A stretch of 64,000 nt of DNA from Candidatus Brocadiia bacterium (GTDB taxonomy: Bacteria > Planctomycetota > Brocadiia > SM23-32), in the NCBI GenBank assembly GCA_046483385.1, contig JAWODG010000220.1, forward strand, positions 1,029 through 65,028, read 5' to 3'. The position numbers and the translations under genes were made by a program. Below the pieces are notes generated by a model, which was not told where the DNA came from, did no database searches, and saw nothing but the letters and a program-made list of their open reading frames with translations. Within the stretch, counting starts at the first letter, position 1. Each line of letters starts with the position of its first letter. Positions 1 to 8,910 of the stretch are shown here, piece after piece.

Positions 1-715
1 TGCTCATCGCCTGGAAGACCTCGCGTCCCAGGTGCGCGTAGTCGGGGTTGGACAGCAGGTTCTCCTGGTGCCCTATCAGCGAGTAGGTGGGCATGATGGT
101 GACGTTGTGGCGCGCGGCCTCCCGGTGCATCGCGGCCACCTCCCCCGGCGTCAGCCGCCCCCGCCCGACGCCGACGTCCGGGTGCGACGGCAGGTAGAGC
201 ATGTCCTCCATGTACGGAGTATAGACGTTGATCTTGTAGCGCGAGAGCAGGCGGATGATGCGCAGGAAGTCGCACAGCGTCGAGACCTGCTTGCGGGAGA
301 TGTCGTCATGATGGCCGCGCAGCGGAAAGGCGGGCCAGTCGTTGATCTCGCAGCACGGCAGGGCCTTGCCGCCGGCGTCAAGCTGCTCCAATGTCACCAG
401 ACCCCAGTAGAGCCCCTGCACGTCGTGCCCGCGCACCACGAGGCCGGACGGCTCGACCCGAAGCACGTAGCCCTGCTCGCGTGGCAGCGGTGCGGGACAA
501 CTCTTCGGCACATCACCCGCGGCGACCGTGTTGGCGGGCAGTCCCTTCGAGACCCCCGGGTTGACCGCCAGTTCGTCCCGCAGCTTGCAGGAGACGGCGA
601 CGTCGCGGGCGGCGCTCACGTCCACCTGCCAGTTGAGGCCTTTCAGGTCCAGCGTCCCGTCGGCGGTCTCAACCTTCCGCGGAACGGGGATCAGGTCATC
701 AACGTTCAGAGGCAT
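1..715 (-). CDS. Glycoside hydrolase family 20 (beta-N-acetylhexosaminidase-like), N-terminal part, runs off the window
   Basis: Manual translation from ATG at 715 (GGAGG RBS upstream): MPLNVDDLIPVPRKVE...GLYWGLVTLEQL...INDWPAFPLRGHHDDISRKQV...RYKINVYTPYMED, matching GH20 domain 2 plus the start of the catalytic barrel. Not in the ORF track because it is truncated. Confidence 0.8.
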   Translation of the reverse strand, partial: MPLNVDDLIPVPRKVETADGTLDLKGLNWQVDVSAARDVAVSCKLRDELAVNPGVSKGLPANTVAAGDVPKSCPAPLPREQGYVLRVEPSGLVVRGHDVQGLYWGLVTLEQLDAGGKALPCCEINDWPAFPLRGHHDDISRKQVSTLCDFLRIIRLLSRYKINVYTPYMEDMLYLPSHPDVGVGRGRLTPGEVAAMHREAARHNVTIMPTYSLIGHQENLLSNPDYAHLGREVFQAMS

Positions 716-805
716 CGTGTCGGCCCTCCGTAGCCAGGGCATACCGCGGCAATCGAGTGTCTCCCGCCAACTATAGGCGGGCGGCGGGCGGGTCTCAACG
801 TCAGC

Positions 806-834
806 TTGACTTTTCGGGGTCCCGCGCCTATATT
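806..834 (+). promoter_or_regulatory. sigma70-type promoter of the tRNA gene
   Basis: TTGACT (806-811), 17-bp spacer, TATATT (829-834), just upstream of the tRNA. Confidence 0.7.
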
Positions 835-850
835 CGCGGATGGAGGCGAC

Positions 851-925
851 GGGCCCATAGCTCAACGGTAGAGCAGCGCACTCATAATGCGCGGGTTGCT
901 GGTTCGAATCCGGCTGGGCCCACCA
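851..925 (+). tRNA. tRNA-Ile2 (anticodon CAU, lysidine-modified type)
   Basis: GGGCCCA acceptor stem pairing with TGGGCCC, D-arm TAGCTCAACGGTAGAGC, anticodon loop CTCATAA, T-loop GGTTCGAATCC, encoded CCA. C4/C5 in the acceptor stem and no initiator features favour Ile2 over Met. Confidence 0.9.
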
Positions 926-998
926 TCAATGGCGCAAGGCGTTGCCTCGCAATGCCTTGCGTCATTCTTATGTACCCGCCTTACTCCGCCGGCACCTT

Positions 999-1835
999 CT
1001 ACTGCCCCGCCTGAAATTCCTCCAGGCTTCGCACGAAGCGCCAGCTTCGCTCCAGGCATTCGAACGGGTCCATGTCGCGGGGGGACACCATCTCCCAGAG
1101 CATGACGAGGTCGTCGGGGTCGGGTACGTGCTCCAGCAGGTCGCGATAGACCCGGGCCAGGCCGACGTGGCCCTCCCCGAGCGCGGCGCCCTCGATGACG
1201 AACTTCAGCTCGCGCGGGTCGGGGTGGACGTAGTGGTCTTTGAAGTGGGTGCCGACGGTGTACGGGGCGGCGGCGCGGCAGGCCGGGACGCTCTGCTCGC
1301 CGATGAGGTAGGTGTTGCCGGTGTCCAGGAAGATGCCCAGATGCGGCGTCCTCTCGCACAGTTCGACCAGGTCGCTGCAATAGTAGTCGCCGTGGTTCTC
1401 GATGCCCAGCGGGACGCCCATCTCGTGGCAGGCCGCCGCCACCGGGCCCAGCACATCGTGCAGCCAGTCCATCTGCGCTTCCAGGGACGGTTCGTCCATG
1501 AAACGGTGGTACGGCCCGACCGCCGTCGTGACGATGGGGGCGCGCAGGAGCGGCGCGTACTCCTCGAGGTCCGCCAGAAAGGCATCCGACTGCCGCCGGA
1601 CCTCGTCCATATCGTCGCTGAAGTAGTCCGCGCGGAAGTGCGGCACAAGGCGCAGATCGTGCGCCTCGACCAAGGACGCTATCTGCTCCCGCCGCTCCGG
1701 CTCTTGCATTTCGCGCAGGCTCACCTGCGTGGCGCTGAAGCCCTGCTCGACCACGAAGCGCAGCTTGTTCATGGTCCTGTCGCCGTCGTAGATACCGAAT
1801 TCCGCGGGCCAGACCCCGGCAAATCCCCAGATCAC
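999..1835 (-). CDS. Sugar phosphate isomerase/epimerase family (xylose isomerase-like TIM barrel)
   Basis: GIENHGD, FLDTGN, THFKD, LGEGHV and LWE metal-binding motifs; GTG start at 1835 after AGGAG. Confidence 0.8.
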   Translation of the reverse strand: MIWGFAGVWPAEFGIYDGDRTMNKLRFVVEQGFSATQVSLREMQEPERREQIASLVEAHDLRLVPHFRADYFSDDMDEVRRQSDAFLADLEEYAPLLRAPIVTTAVGPYHRFMDEPSLEAQMDWLHDVLGPVAAACHEMGVPLGIENHGDYYCSDLVELCERTPHLGIFLDTGNTYLIGEQSVPACRAAAPYTVGTHFKDHYVHPDPRELKFVIEGAALGEGHVGLARVYRDLLEHVPDPDDLVMLWEMVSPRDMDPFECLERSWRFVRSLEEFQAGQ

Positions 1836-1962
1836 GTTGGCACTCCTCTCTGAACGAAATGTCAACCCCGGTCTCGGACTCTCCCGGGCTTGCCCCGTCT
1901 GCGTGGTTTTCGTGCTCGCTCTCGTGCTCTTACTCTTGCTCGCCGTTCATGGTCCTCGCAAC

Positions 1963-2059
1963 GTGCCGCCCGCCATCCGGCGGGCTCATTTGACTCGGCT
2001 CCGCCCTTCCCCGGACTGACGTCCGGGCCTACCTGCTGCCGCCCGCCTTCGGGCGGGCT
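1963..2059 (+). repeat. Tripartite hairpin repeat (REP/REPIN-like), copy 1
   Basis: TGCC-GCCCGCC-ATCC-GGCGGGC-T ... CCCGGAC-TGAC-GTCCGGG ... TGCC-GCCCGCC-TTCG-GGCGGGC-T; second copy inverted at 33929-34027. Confidence 0.7.
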
Positions 2060-2325
2060 GAGCCCTGTGTCATCGGTTCATCCGGTGATACTCACATGCG
2101 AGGTGTGGTCCGGAGCCGGTCGCGCAACAGGATGCTCCCCATACGTCGGCCGCCCTAAAGATGGCGCGCCCCGCTCGAGCGGGGCGCCCACTACAAACCC
2201 GGTCGTTCCGCGCACGGACCGCCCGCAAAACGCCAGGGCATGTCGCCTTGCGCACCACGCGGGCTCGTAGTCGACCGCTTCGGCGGTCGCTATCGGTGGC
2301 GTGAGCGTTTCGCCCTCGCAGGGTC

Positions 2326-4707
2326 TCACTCGGCGGCCACCCGCAGGACCTCCGCCACGTCGTCGTGGCCGTTCTCTCGGGCGCGGTCGGCGGGTGTGAA
2401 CCCGTCGCTGTCGCGGGCGTCGGCGTCCGCACCGGCGGCAATGAGCACCTTCACCACCTCCATGTGCCCGGCGGCCGCAGCCATATGCAGGGCCGTCTTT
2501 CGGCGGTTGGGCGACATGGCGTCCGGGCTAACGCCTCTCTCCAACATCCCTCTGACCGCATCCACGTCACCCGCCGCGGCGGCCTCGCGCAGTTGTCGTC
2601 CGCCTCGGTCGGACAGCGCTCCTCGGTCGCCGCGCCCTTCTTCCGGGGCGGCTTCTGCCGCCTCGGTTTCGCCTTCGAGGATGCCCAGTATCTCGTCGAA
2701 ACCTCGCATCCGCGCGATGTCGCCCGGCGTACGGCCGTCCTCGTCCTGCAGGGTCGCGTCCGCTCCGGCGTCCACGAGCGACTGCACGATCGCGGGATAG
2801 CCCTCCAGGCAGGCGTAGTGCAGCGGCGTCAGGCCGGCGTCGTCCCGGGCGTTCACGTCCGCGCCGGCTTCTATGAGGGTGTCCACCACCCGGCTAACGA
2901 CGCTGTGGCCGAGCGTGTAGCCGACCCAGGCGCCCCAGTGGAGCGCGGTGCGGCCGGCCACGTCGCGGGCCTCCAGTTCCGCCCCGTGCTCGATGCAGGC
3001 GCGCACGCGGTCCAGGGTCCAGTCCGGGTCGTGCCGGTAGCCGGTCCAGGCGTTGATGACGGCCGCGTGGAGGACGGTCCAGCCGTCATCGGTCGTGGCG
3101 TTCACGTCCCCACCCTCGCTGATGTAGTGGCGCAGCAGCGGATACGCCTTCTCGTTGTAGGCGCTGGCGGCCATGTGCATGGGCGTCCAGCCGTCGTCGG
3201 CCGGCTCGTTCACGTCGGCGCCGCTTTCGAGCAGGAACTGCACCATGTCCTGGTCCTCGAACCGGTTCCAGTGGCCCCAGAGGGTGGCCATGTGGAGGGG
3301 CGTCCAGCCCTTGATGCGCTTCCAGCGGGGATTTTCGGGCGGCTGGATTCGCTCGCGCAGCTCCTCCGGGCCGGCCACCTCGTCGGTCAGGGCCAGCTCC
3401 CGCAGGTCGTCCTCCGGGCCGCTCTGAATGGTGGCGATGCTCTCGGCGGGCATGTCGAACGTTAGGACGTCTTCGCTGACCTCGGCGTCCTGCGCGACCC
3501 ACGGCGCGTCCTCGTCGGAAACGTAGAGGCGGAAGGTCTCGGGAAGCGCCTGGCCGCCGACCTCAATGGCCACCTCGACGGAATCTTCCGACCGGTTGAT
3601 GAGCACGGCCGTCAGTTTGCCGGAGTCCGGATGGTGGTAGGCGCTGGCCAGAAGCTGCTCGTCGGCCGATTCAGCCGAAATGCGGACGGCGCCGGGGCGG
3701 ACGAAGCGGTAGAAGTGCTTGGCCGGCCAGTAGCCGGTCCGTGGCGTGTGGCCGTCTATGAGGCTGGTGAGTTGCCAGAAAATCCACGCGTTCACGTCGC
3801 CGCCGGCCAGCGCGTTGTGGATAGCGGTAGCGTTGGCCATGGCCCTGTTCCAGCCGCGGGCACCGCCGCCGGTCTCGGTCATCCAGAGCTGCCGGTCGTA
3901 GGGGGCGAGGAACTCCTTGAGCGACTGCCACGTCTCGAAGTCGGGTTTGCCGTGGACACAGAAGAAGCCGGGGAAGTCACGCGTCTCCGGGTCCTCCATC
4001 GTGGGCCGGATGAACCACTTGAGCCGGTCCACCTGCATCGCCATGTCCTCGGGCATCATCAGCTTCGTGGTGATTCCCTCCCGCCGGAACTTCCGGGAGA
4101 TGGCGCGGACGGCCTCGCGGATCTGCGCGGGGTTGTAGATGCAGGAGTAGTACCACTCCTTGAAGTAGAGCTCGTTCTGGGGGCTGAGGCTCATGAACTC
4201 GATGTCCCAGTGCTCTTTGGCGGCCTTCAGGAAGATGGTGAGGAACTCGGCGAACTCGTCCCGCATGTCCGGGCGCAGCTTGCCGCCCTCGATCAGCACG
4301 CGGTTGGTCTTCATGAAGTCCGGCGGCGACCACAGCGAGGTGGTGAACCGGCTGACGCCCCGCTTCTTGAACTCGGAGAGCCACTCCATGCGGGGCGCCA
4401 TCTTGCTGAGGTCCACGGCGTCCCAGTTGATGTGGTCCGGGTCGTCGTCATCGTTCCACGGCTCGATGTTGGGCGGCATGGGCAGCCGCACCAGGCTGAC
4501 GCCGAGGTCGTAGACGAGCATGTCGTAGAAGCCGGGATCGACGTAGGAGTCCGGCAGGAACCAGTAAACCATGCTCCCGCCGAAGCCCTCGATTGTCTGG
4601 TGAGTTTCGCCCGGCCGCAGGACGACCTCTGCGGGCGCGGCGCCGGCCGCCCCCGCGAACACGAACAGGACCGCCAGAAGACCGATCAGCAGCAGACGCG
4701 CTTCCAT
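2326..4707 (-). CDS. Secreted GH30-like glycoside hydrolase fused to C-terminal ankyrin repeats
   Basis: Signal peptide (MEARLLLIGLLAVLFVFAGAAGA), QTIEGFGGS, WSPPDFMKTN, acid/base QNE, nucleophile LWMTE, FVRPGAVRI; then repeated GWTPLH/GADVNA ankyrin motifs. Confidence 0.8.
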   Translation of the reverse strand: MEARLLLIGLLAVLFVFAGAAGAAPAEVVLRPGETHQTIEGFGGSMVYWFLPDSYVDPGFYDMLVYDLGVSLVRLPMPPNIEPWNDDDDPDHINWDAVDLSKMAPRMEWLSEFKKRGVSRFTTSLWSPPDFMKTNRVLIEGGKLRPDMRDEFAEFLTIFLKAAKEHWDIEFMSLSPQNELYFKEWYYSCIYNPAQIREAVRAISRKFRREGITTKLMMPEDMAMQVDRLKWFIRPTMEDPETRDFPGFFCVHGKPDFETWQSLKEFLAPYDRQLWMTETGGGARGWNRAMANATAIHNALAGGDVNAWIFWQLTSLIDGHTPRTGYWPAKHFYRFVRPGAVRISAESADEQLLASAYHHPDSGKLTAVLINRSEDSVEVAIEVGGQALPETFRLYVSDEDAPWVAQDAEVSEDVLTFDMPAESIATIQSGPEDDLRELALTDEVAGPEELRERIQPPENPRWKRIKGWTPLHMATLWGHWNRFEDQDMVQFLLESGADVNEPADDGWTPMHMAASAYNEKAYPLLRHYISEGGDVNATTDDGWTVLHAAVINAWTGYRHDPDWTLDRVRACIEHGAELEARDVAGRTALHWGAWVGYTLGHSVVSRVVDTLIEAGADVNARDDAGLTPLHYACLEGYPAIVQSLVDAGADATLQDEDGRTPGDIARMRGFDEILGILEGETEAAEAAPEEGRGDRGALSDRGGRQLREAAAAGDVDAVRGMLERGVSPDAMSPNRRKTALHMAAAAGHMEVVKVLIAAGADADARDSDGFTPADRARENGHDDVAEVLRVAAE

Positions 4708-4871
4708 GGCCCGCACCTCCGTTGAGAACCCTCGCAAGACAGCCCGGTGCTTTTAGAGCATGCCGGGGGAGGTGTCAAGGTTCCCGGGCCCGGACGCAGT
4801 GTGGGCACGGATTCTTCCCTCAAGCAAGGCGTGTAGGGTGGGACCGGCCCGCGTCGGGGCCGGCGTTATGG

Positions 4872-5075
4872 TCAGCTTGTGTTCTTCTGCATCTGCCGCT
4901 CAAAGGCTTCCTGTTCCAGCAGCGGACGACCGTACCGTCCGTGGATGTCCCCCAGCAGGACCGCGTAGGCGGCGCGCCTGTCACGCAGGTTCCTCACGTG
5001 GTCCGGTCGGCCTCTTTTACCCTCGGCGGCGTGCTCGTGGGCAAGGCGATAGTATTCGTACAGTGGCATAGTCAT
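4872..5075 (-). CDS. Small hypothetical protein
   Basis: 67-aa ORF in an otherwise empty intergenic gap; no recognised motif. Confidence 0.3.
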   Translation of the reverse strand: MTMPLYEYYRLAHEHAAEGKRGRPDHVRNLRDRRAAYAVLLGDIHGRYGRPLLEQEAFERQMQKNTS

Positions 5076-5301
5076 AGCACAGAAAAGGTGTGAAAGATAC
5101 TTCAGGAGATACGGCCCATCCCGTCAACCCCCAACACAGAGCAGTATAGCACCAACGCCCTTGCCGGACAATGAGAAGCCTTAGGAAAGGTTCGCAAATG
5201 GCCCTTCCAGCCCTTGCGGGGCTCTTTGACACGGAGCGGGTCCCCCTGTACCCTTCCCGACGTCGGAGCCCCCTCCGACGGCAAAGCCGACTTCTCCCCT
5301 G

Positions 5302-7473
5302 ATGGTGAGGACTATGACAGCACGAGCTAAGGACGAGAACGACTGGTTCGCCTTCCAACCCGACGAGGACTTCGGCCCCAGCGTTATCGACGCGGGCGAC
5401 TGGCTGGACGCCCCCGCCGGCAAGCACGGCTTCCTCCGGATGGACGGCGAGCACTTCGTCTTCGAGGACGGCACGCCGTGCAAGCTATGGGGCGTCAATA
5501 TCGCCAACAAGCGCCCGGCCTGCGAGCCTGAGCACGCCGAACGGTGGGCCGCTTTTCTGGCCAAATACGGCGTCAACGCCGTGCGCTTCCACAAGTTCAC
5601 GTGGCACGGCGAGGGCGGCCTGGGCAGCGCCGAGGACTCGACGCGGCTCATTCCCGAGTTGTGGGACAAGATGGACTATTTCGTCCAGGAACTCCGCGAG
5701 CGGGGTATCTACCAGGGCTGGTCCCACATCTACGGGCACCGCCTTCGGCCGGGCGACCGTGACCGCGTCGAGGCCTACGATGAGATCATGGAGGCCGACG
5801 TGCCGTGGGGCCACCTGCGGGGCAGCACCATCGGGCTGGTCAACTTCGCCCCCGACCTGCAGGACCTCAGCATCGAGCTGACCGTCAACATGCTCAACCA
5901 CGAAAACCCCTGCACGGGCCTTCGCTACGCCGACGACGCCGGACTGGCCTACATCGAACTGCAGAACGAGGACGACATCTTCTGGGGCCACACGGAGGTC
6001 CTGCTTGAACGCTGCCCCACTTACGCAAGAATGCTGAACGGCATGTTCTCCGATTGGCTGCGAGACAAGTATGGGGGCGACGCAGAGCTGCGGCAGGCGT
6101 GGGGCGAGGACGCCCTCGAGGCCGGCGAGAGCCTGAGCGAGCGCACTATCCGCGCCCACGCGAGCCACGAGTGGATCAACCAGCGCCTGGCCGCCGCGGG
6201 GGACGAGGCGGGGGCCCGGCGGGCGCTGGACAACGCGCGGTTTCTCTACGAGAAGCAGCTCGACTTCTACCGGCGGTTTGTGGACGCCATCCGCGAGACC
6301 GGCTACCGGGGCGCCATGGTCGGCTCCTGCTGGCAGGCCGGCAGCGGCATCCCCCACTACTACAACCTGCACGCCGACTACGATGCGGGCTTCATCGACC
6401 GGCACAACTACTTCGGCGGCGGCGCCCGGGAGACCGGCCCCGTCAACACGAGGGCCATGGTGGACCGCCCGGGCTCGGGCCTGCTGAGCACCGGCATGCA
6501 ACAGGTGCTCGGGCGGCCGTTCGGCATCTCGGAGTGGATGTCGCTGGTGCCGAACCCGTGGGTGGCGGAGGCGCCGCCGGTCATCGCCGTCTACGGCATG
6601 GGCCTGCAGGGGTGGGACGCCTCCTTCGCCTATGCCAACAACGACGCCGAGTTCTCGCCCACGGTGCTTTCCCCGTCGCACGGGCCCTACACCACCGAGA
6701 ACCCGATGCACATGGGCACCTACCCCGCCCTGGCGCGGATGATATACCGGGGCGACGTGGAGGAAGGGGATCTCGTCTCCGTGCGCAAAGTGCACGTGCC
6801 CTCGCTCGAACAGGGCGAACTCGGGTTCAGTGAGGAAGTCGAGCAGGCGGGCGACGTGAAGTCCTTCGGCGGCGAAGTGCCGCCGGAAGCGCTGGCCGCC
6901 GGCAAGGTGGCGGTCGAGTTCACCGACCAGCCCGAACCGACCGAGCCGCCCGACCTGACGGGCCTGTGGGACCGGGAGGCGGCGGAAGTGGTCTCCAACA
7001 CGGGACAGCTCAGGTGGCGCTGCGCCGAGAGCGGCTACTTCGCGGTGGACACGCCTGGCACGCAGGCGGTCGTCGGCTTTGCCGGGGGTGAGCGCGTCGA
7101 ACTGAGCGACGTGGTGATCGAGCCCGAGACAGACTTCGCCTGCATCTTCGTGACCAGTCTCGATGGGGAGAAGCCCATCGCTGAGGCCGACTCGGTGCTG
7201 ATAACGGCCGTTGCCCGCGGGCGCAACACGGGCATGGAGTACAGCGACGACCTCTCGGAGCTGCTCTCGCCCGGCGAGCCGCCGGTGCTGCTGCAGCGAG
7301 TGCGGGCCACGGTTACCCTCAAAGGCCGCGCCGAAGCAACAGTGCGTGCGCTGGACCACGTCGGCCGCCGCACGGACGAACCCGTTCCGGTTCAGGTCAC
7401 GGAGTCCGGCCTCACATTCCGTCTGGGCGAGACGGACCCCGGAACCCTGTACTACGAGGTGAGCCGGGGGTAG
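5302..7473 (+). CDS. Glycoside hydrolase, clan GH-A (GH5/GH42-like)
   Basis: LDAPAGKHGF..DG.HFVFEDG, LWGVN, GVNAVRFH, ELQNED acid/base, IDRHNY and ISEW nucleophile motifs. Confidence 0.75.
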   Translation: MVRTMTARAKDENDWFAFQPDEDFGPSVIDAGDWLDAPAGKHGFLRMDGEHFVFEDGTPCKLWGVNIANKRPACEPEHAERWAAFLAKYGVNAVRFHKFTWHGEGGLGSAEDSTRLIPELWDKMDYFVQELRERGIYQGWSHIYGHRLRPGDRDRVEAYDEIMEADVPWGHLRGSTIGLVNFAPDLQDLSIELTVNMLNHENPCTGLRYADDAGLAYIELQNEDDIFWGHTEVLLERCPTYARMLNGMFSDWLRDKYGGDAELRQAWGEDALEAGESLSERTIRAHASHEWINQRLAAAGDEAGARRALDNARFLYEKQLDFYRRFVDAIRETGYRGAMVGSCWQAGSGIPHYYNLHADYDAGFIDRHNYFGGGARETGPVNTRAMVDRPGSGLLSTGMQQVLGRPFGISEWMSLVPNPWVAEAPPVIAVYGMGLQGWDASFAYANNDAEFSPTVLSPSHGPYTTENPMHMGTYPALARMIYRGDVEEGDLVSVRKVHVPSLEQGELGFSEEVEQAGDVKSFGGEVPPEALAAGKVAVEFTDQPEPTEPPDLTGLWDREAAEVVSNTGQLRWRCAESGYFAVDTPGTQAVVGFAGGERVELSDVVIEPETDFACIFVTSLDGEKPIAEADSVLITAVARGRNTGMEYSDDLSELLSPGEPPVLLQRVRATVTLKGRAEATVRALDHVGRRTDEPVPVQVTESGLTFRLGETDPGTLYYEVSRG

Positions 7474-7543
7474 GCGGGTCCTGCTTGTCAGCCGCATGCG
7501 GCTGCGGTAACCTGCCGGCCAACATTCAACAAAGAGAACGCCC

Positions 7544-8860
7544 ATGCCCCGCTCCAACATCCTATACCTGCACTCCCATGACACCGGTCGCTACATCCAG
7601 CCCCACGGCTATGCCGTGCCGACGCCGCGCCTGCAGCGGCTGGCGGAGGAAGGCACCTTCTTCCGGCAGGCGTTCTGCGCGAATCCCACCTGCTCGCCCA
7701 GCCGGGCCGCCCTGCTGACCGGGCGCTGGCCCCACTGCAACGGCATGCTGGGGCTGGCGCACCGTGGTTTCCGGCTCAATGACTACGGCCACCATATTGT
7801 CAGCACGCTGAAGACCCACGGCTACCACTGCGCGCTCTCCTCAGCCGGCGCGCAGCACGTTGTCAGGAAAGCGGAACAGGGCGTCATCGGCTACGACGAG
7901 ATCTTCGATCCGGCATTCCCCGACGTGAAGAACCCCGTCGAGGAGACGGCACGCTTTCTGGAAGGCGCGCCCCAGCCGTTCTTTCTCTCGGTGGGCTTCG
8001 GCGACGTGCATCGGGGGTTCCCCGAGCCGGCCTGCGACGACCCTTTGACCGACCCCCGGTACGTGCGCCCACCCGACCCCATCCCCGACACGCCCGAGAC
8101 ACGCCGCGACATGGCGGCCTACAACACCGCCCTTCGGCGCCAGGACCGGAAGATGGGGGGCGTGCTGGACGCGCTGGCGCAGAACGAACTCGCAGAGAAT
8201 ACGATCGTCGTTTGCACCACCGACCACGGTATCGCTTTCCCACGGATGAAGTGCAACCTCGAAGACTCCGGCATCGGCATCTTCCTCATCATGCGCGGCC
8301 CCGGCATTCCTGACGGGCAGTGCATCGACGGGATGGTGAGCCACGTGGATGTCTTTGCCACCCTCTGCGAGCTACTGGAGATCGAGCCGCCCGACTGGCT
8401 GCAGGGCGTCTCGTTCGCGCCGCTCCTTCGGGGGGATGTCGAGCAAGTGCGCGAGGAGGTTTTCGCCGAGGTCAACTACCACGCGGCCTACGAGCCGATG
8501 CGTTGCGTGCGCACGGCGCGCTGGAAGTACATCCGCCGCTACTACGACCGGCGCGGCCCCGTGCTGCCCAACTGCGACAACAGCCCGAGCAAGGACCTGT
8601 GGCTGGAACACGGGTGGTCCGAACAGGCCCCGCCGCAAGAGGCGCTCTTCGACCTCGTGTTCGACCCGCACGAGACGAACAATGTGGCGGGCGATGCCGG
8701 ACACCGGTCCGCCCTGGATGATATGCGGGAGCGTCTGGACCGCTGGATGGAGGAGACGGACGATCCCCTTCTGGAGGGGGATGTCCCCGCCCCGAAGGGA
8801 GCGCGCATCACGCGTCAGGATGAACGCAATCCGGGCGGCGAGTCGTACGTGGTGGAATAG
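7544..8860 (+). CDS. Formylglycine-dependent sulfatase (N-sulfoglucosamine sulfohydrolase-like)
   Basis: NILYLHSHDTG, CSPSRAALLTG signature, TTDHG, FDLVFDPHETNN. Confidence 0.9.
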   Translation: MPRSNILYLHSHDTGRYIQPHGYAVPTPRLQRLAEEGTFFRQAFCANPTCSPSRAALLTGRWPHCNGMLGLAHRGFRLNDYGHHIVSTLKTHGYHCALSSAGAQHVVRKAEQGVIGYDEIFDPAFPDVKNPVEETARFLEGAPQPFFLSVGFGDVHRGFPEPACDDPLTDPRYVRPPDPIPDTPETRRDMAAYNTALRRQDRKMGGVLDALAQNELAENTIVVCTTDHGIAFPRMKCNLEDSGIGIFLIMRGPGIPDGQCIDGMVSHVDVFATLCELLEIEPPDWLQGVSFAPLLRGDVEQVREEVFAEVNYHAAYEPMRCVRTARWKYIRRYYDRRGPVLPNCDNSPSKDLWLEHGWSEQAPPQEALFDLVFDPHETNNVAGDAGHRSALDDMRERLDRWMEETDDPLLEGDVPAPKGARITRQDERNPGGESYVVE

Positions 8861-8910
8861 AGCGCCTCCCCTACTCAAACAATCGCGAGCCAACTGAGTA
8901 AGGACACACG

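Noticed and set aside
851-925. tRNA as an integration site for a genomic island
   Set aside because: I found no duplicate of the tRNA 3' end and no integrase in the window
4872-5075. FmdB-family zinc-ribbon protein (starts MPLYEY)
   Set aside because: No cysteines follow, so the resemblance is limited to six residues
5200-5300. Riboswitch in the leader of the GH5-like gene
   Set aside because: Two hairpins are present, but I recognise no aptamer consensus
5485-7584. 699-aa minus-strand ORF
   Set aside because: Antisense shadow of the glycoside hydrolase, typical of high-GC codon bias
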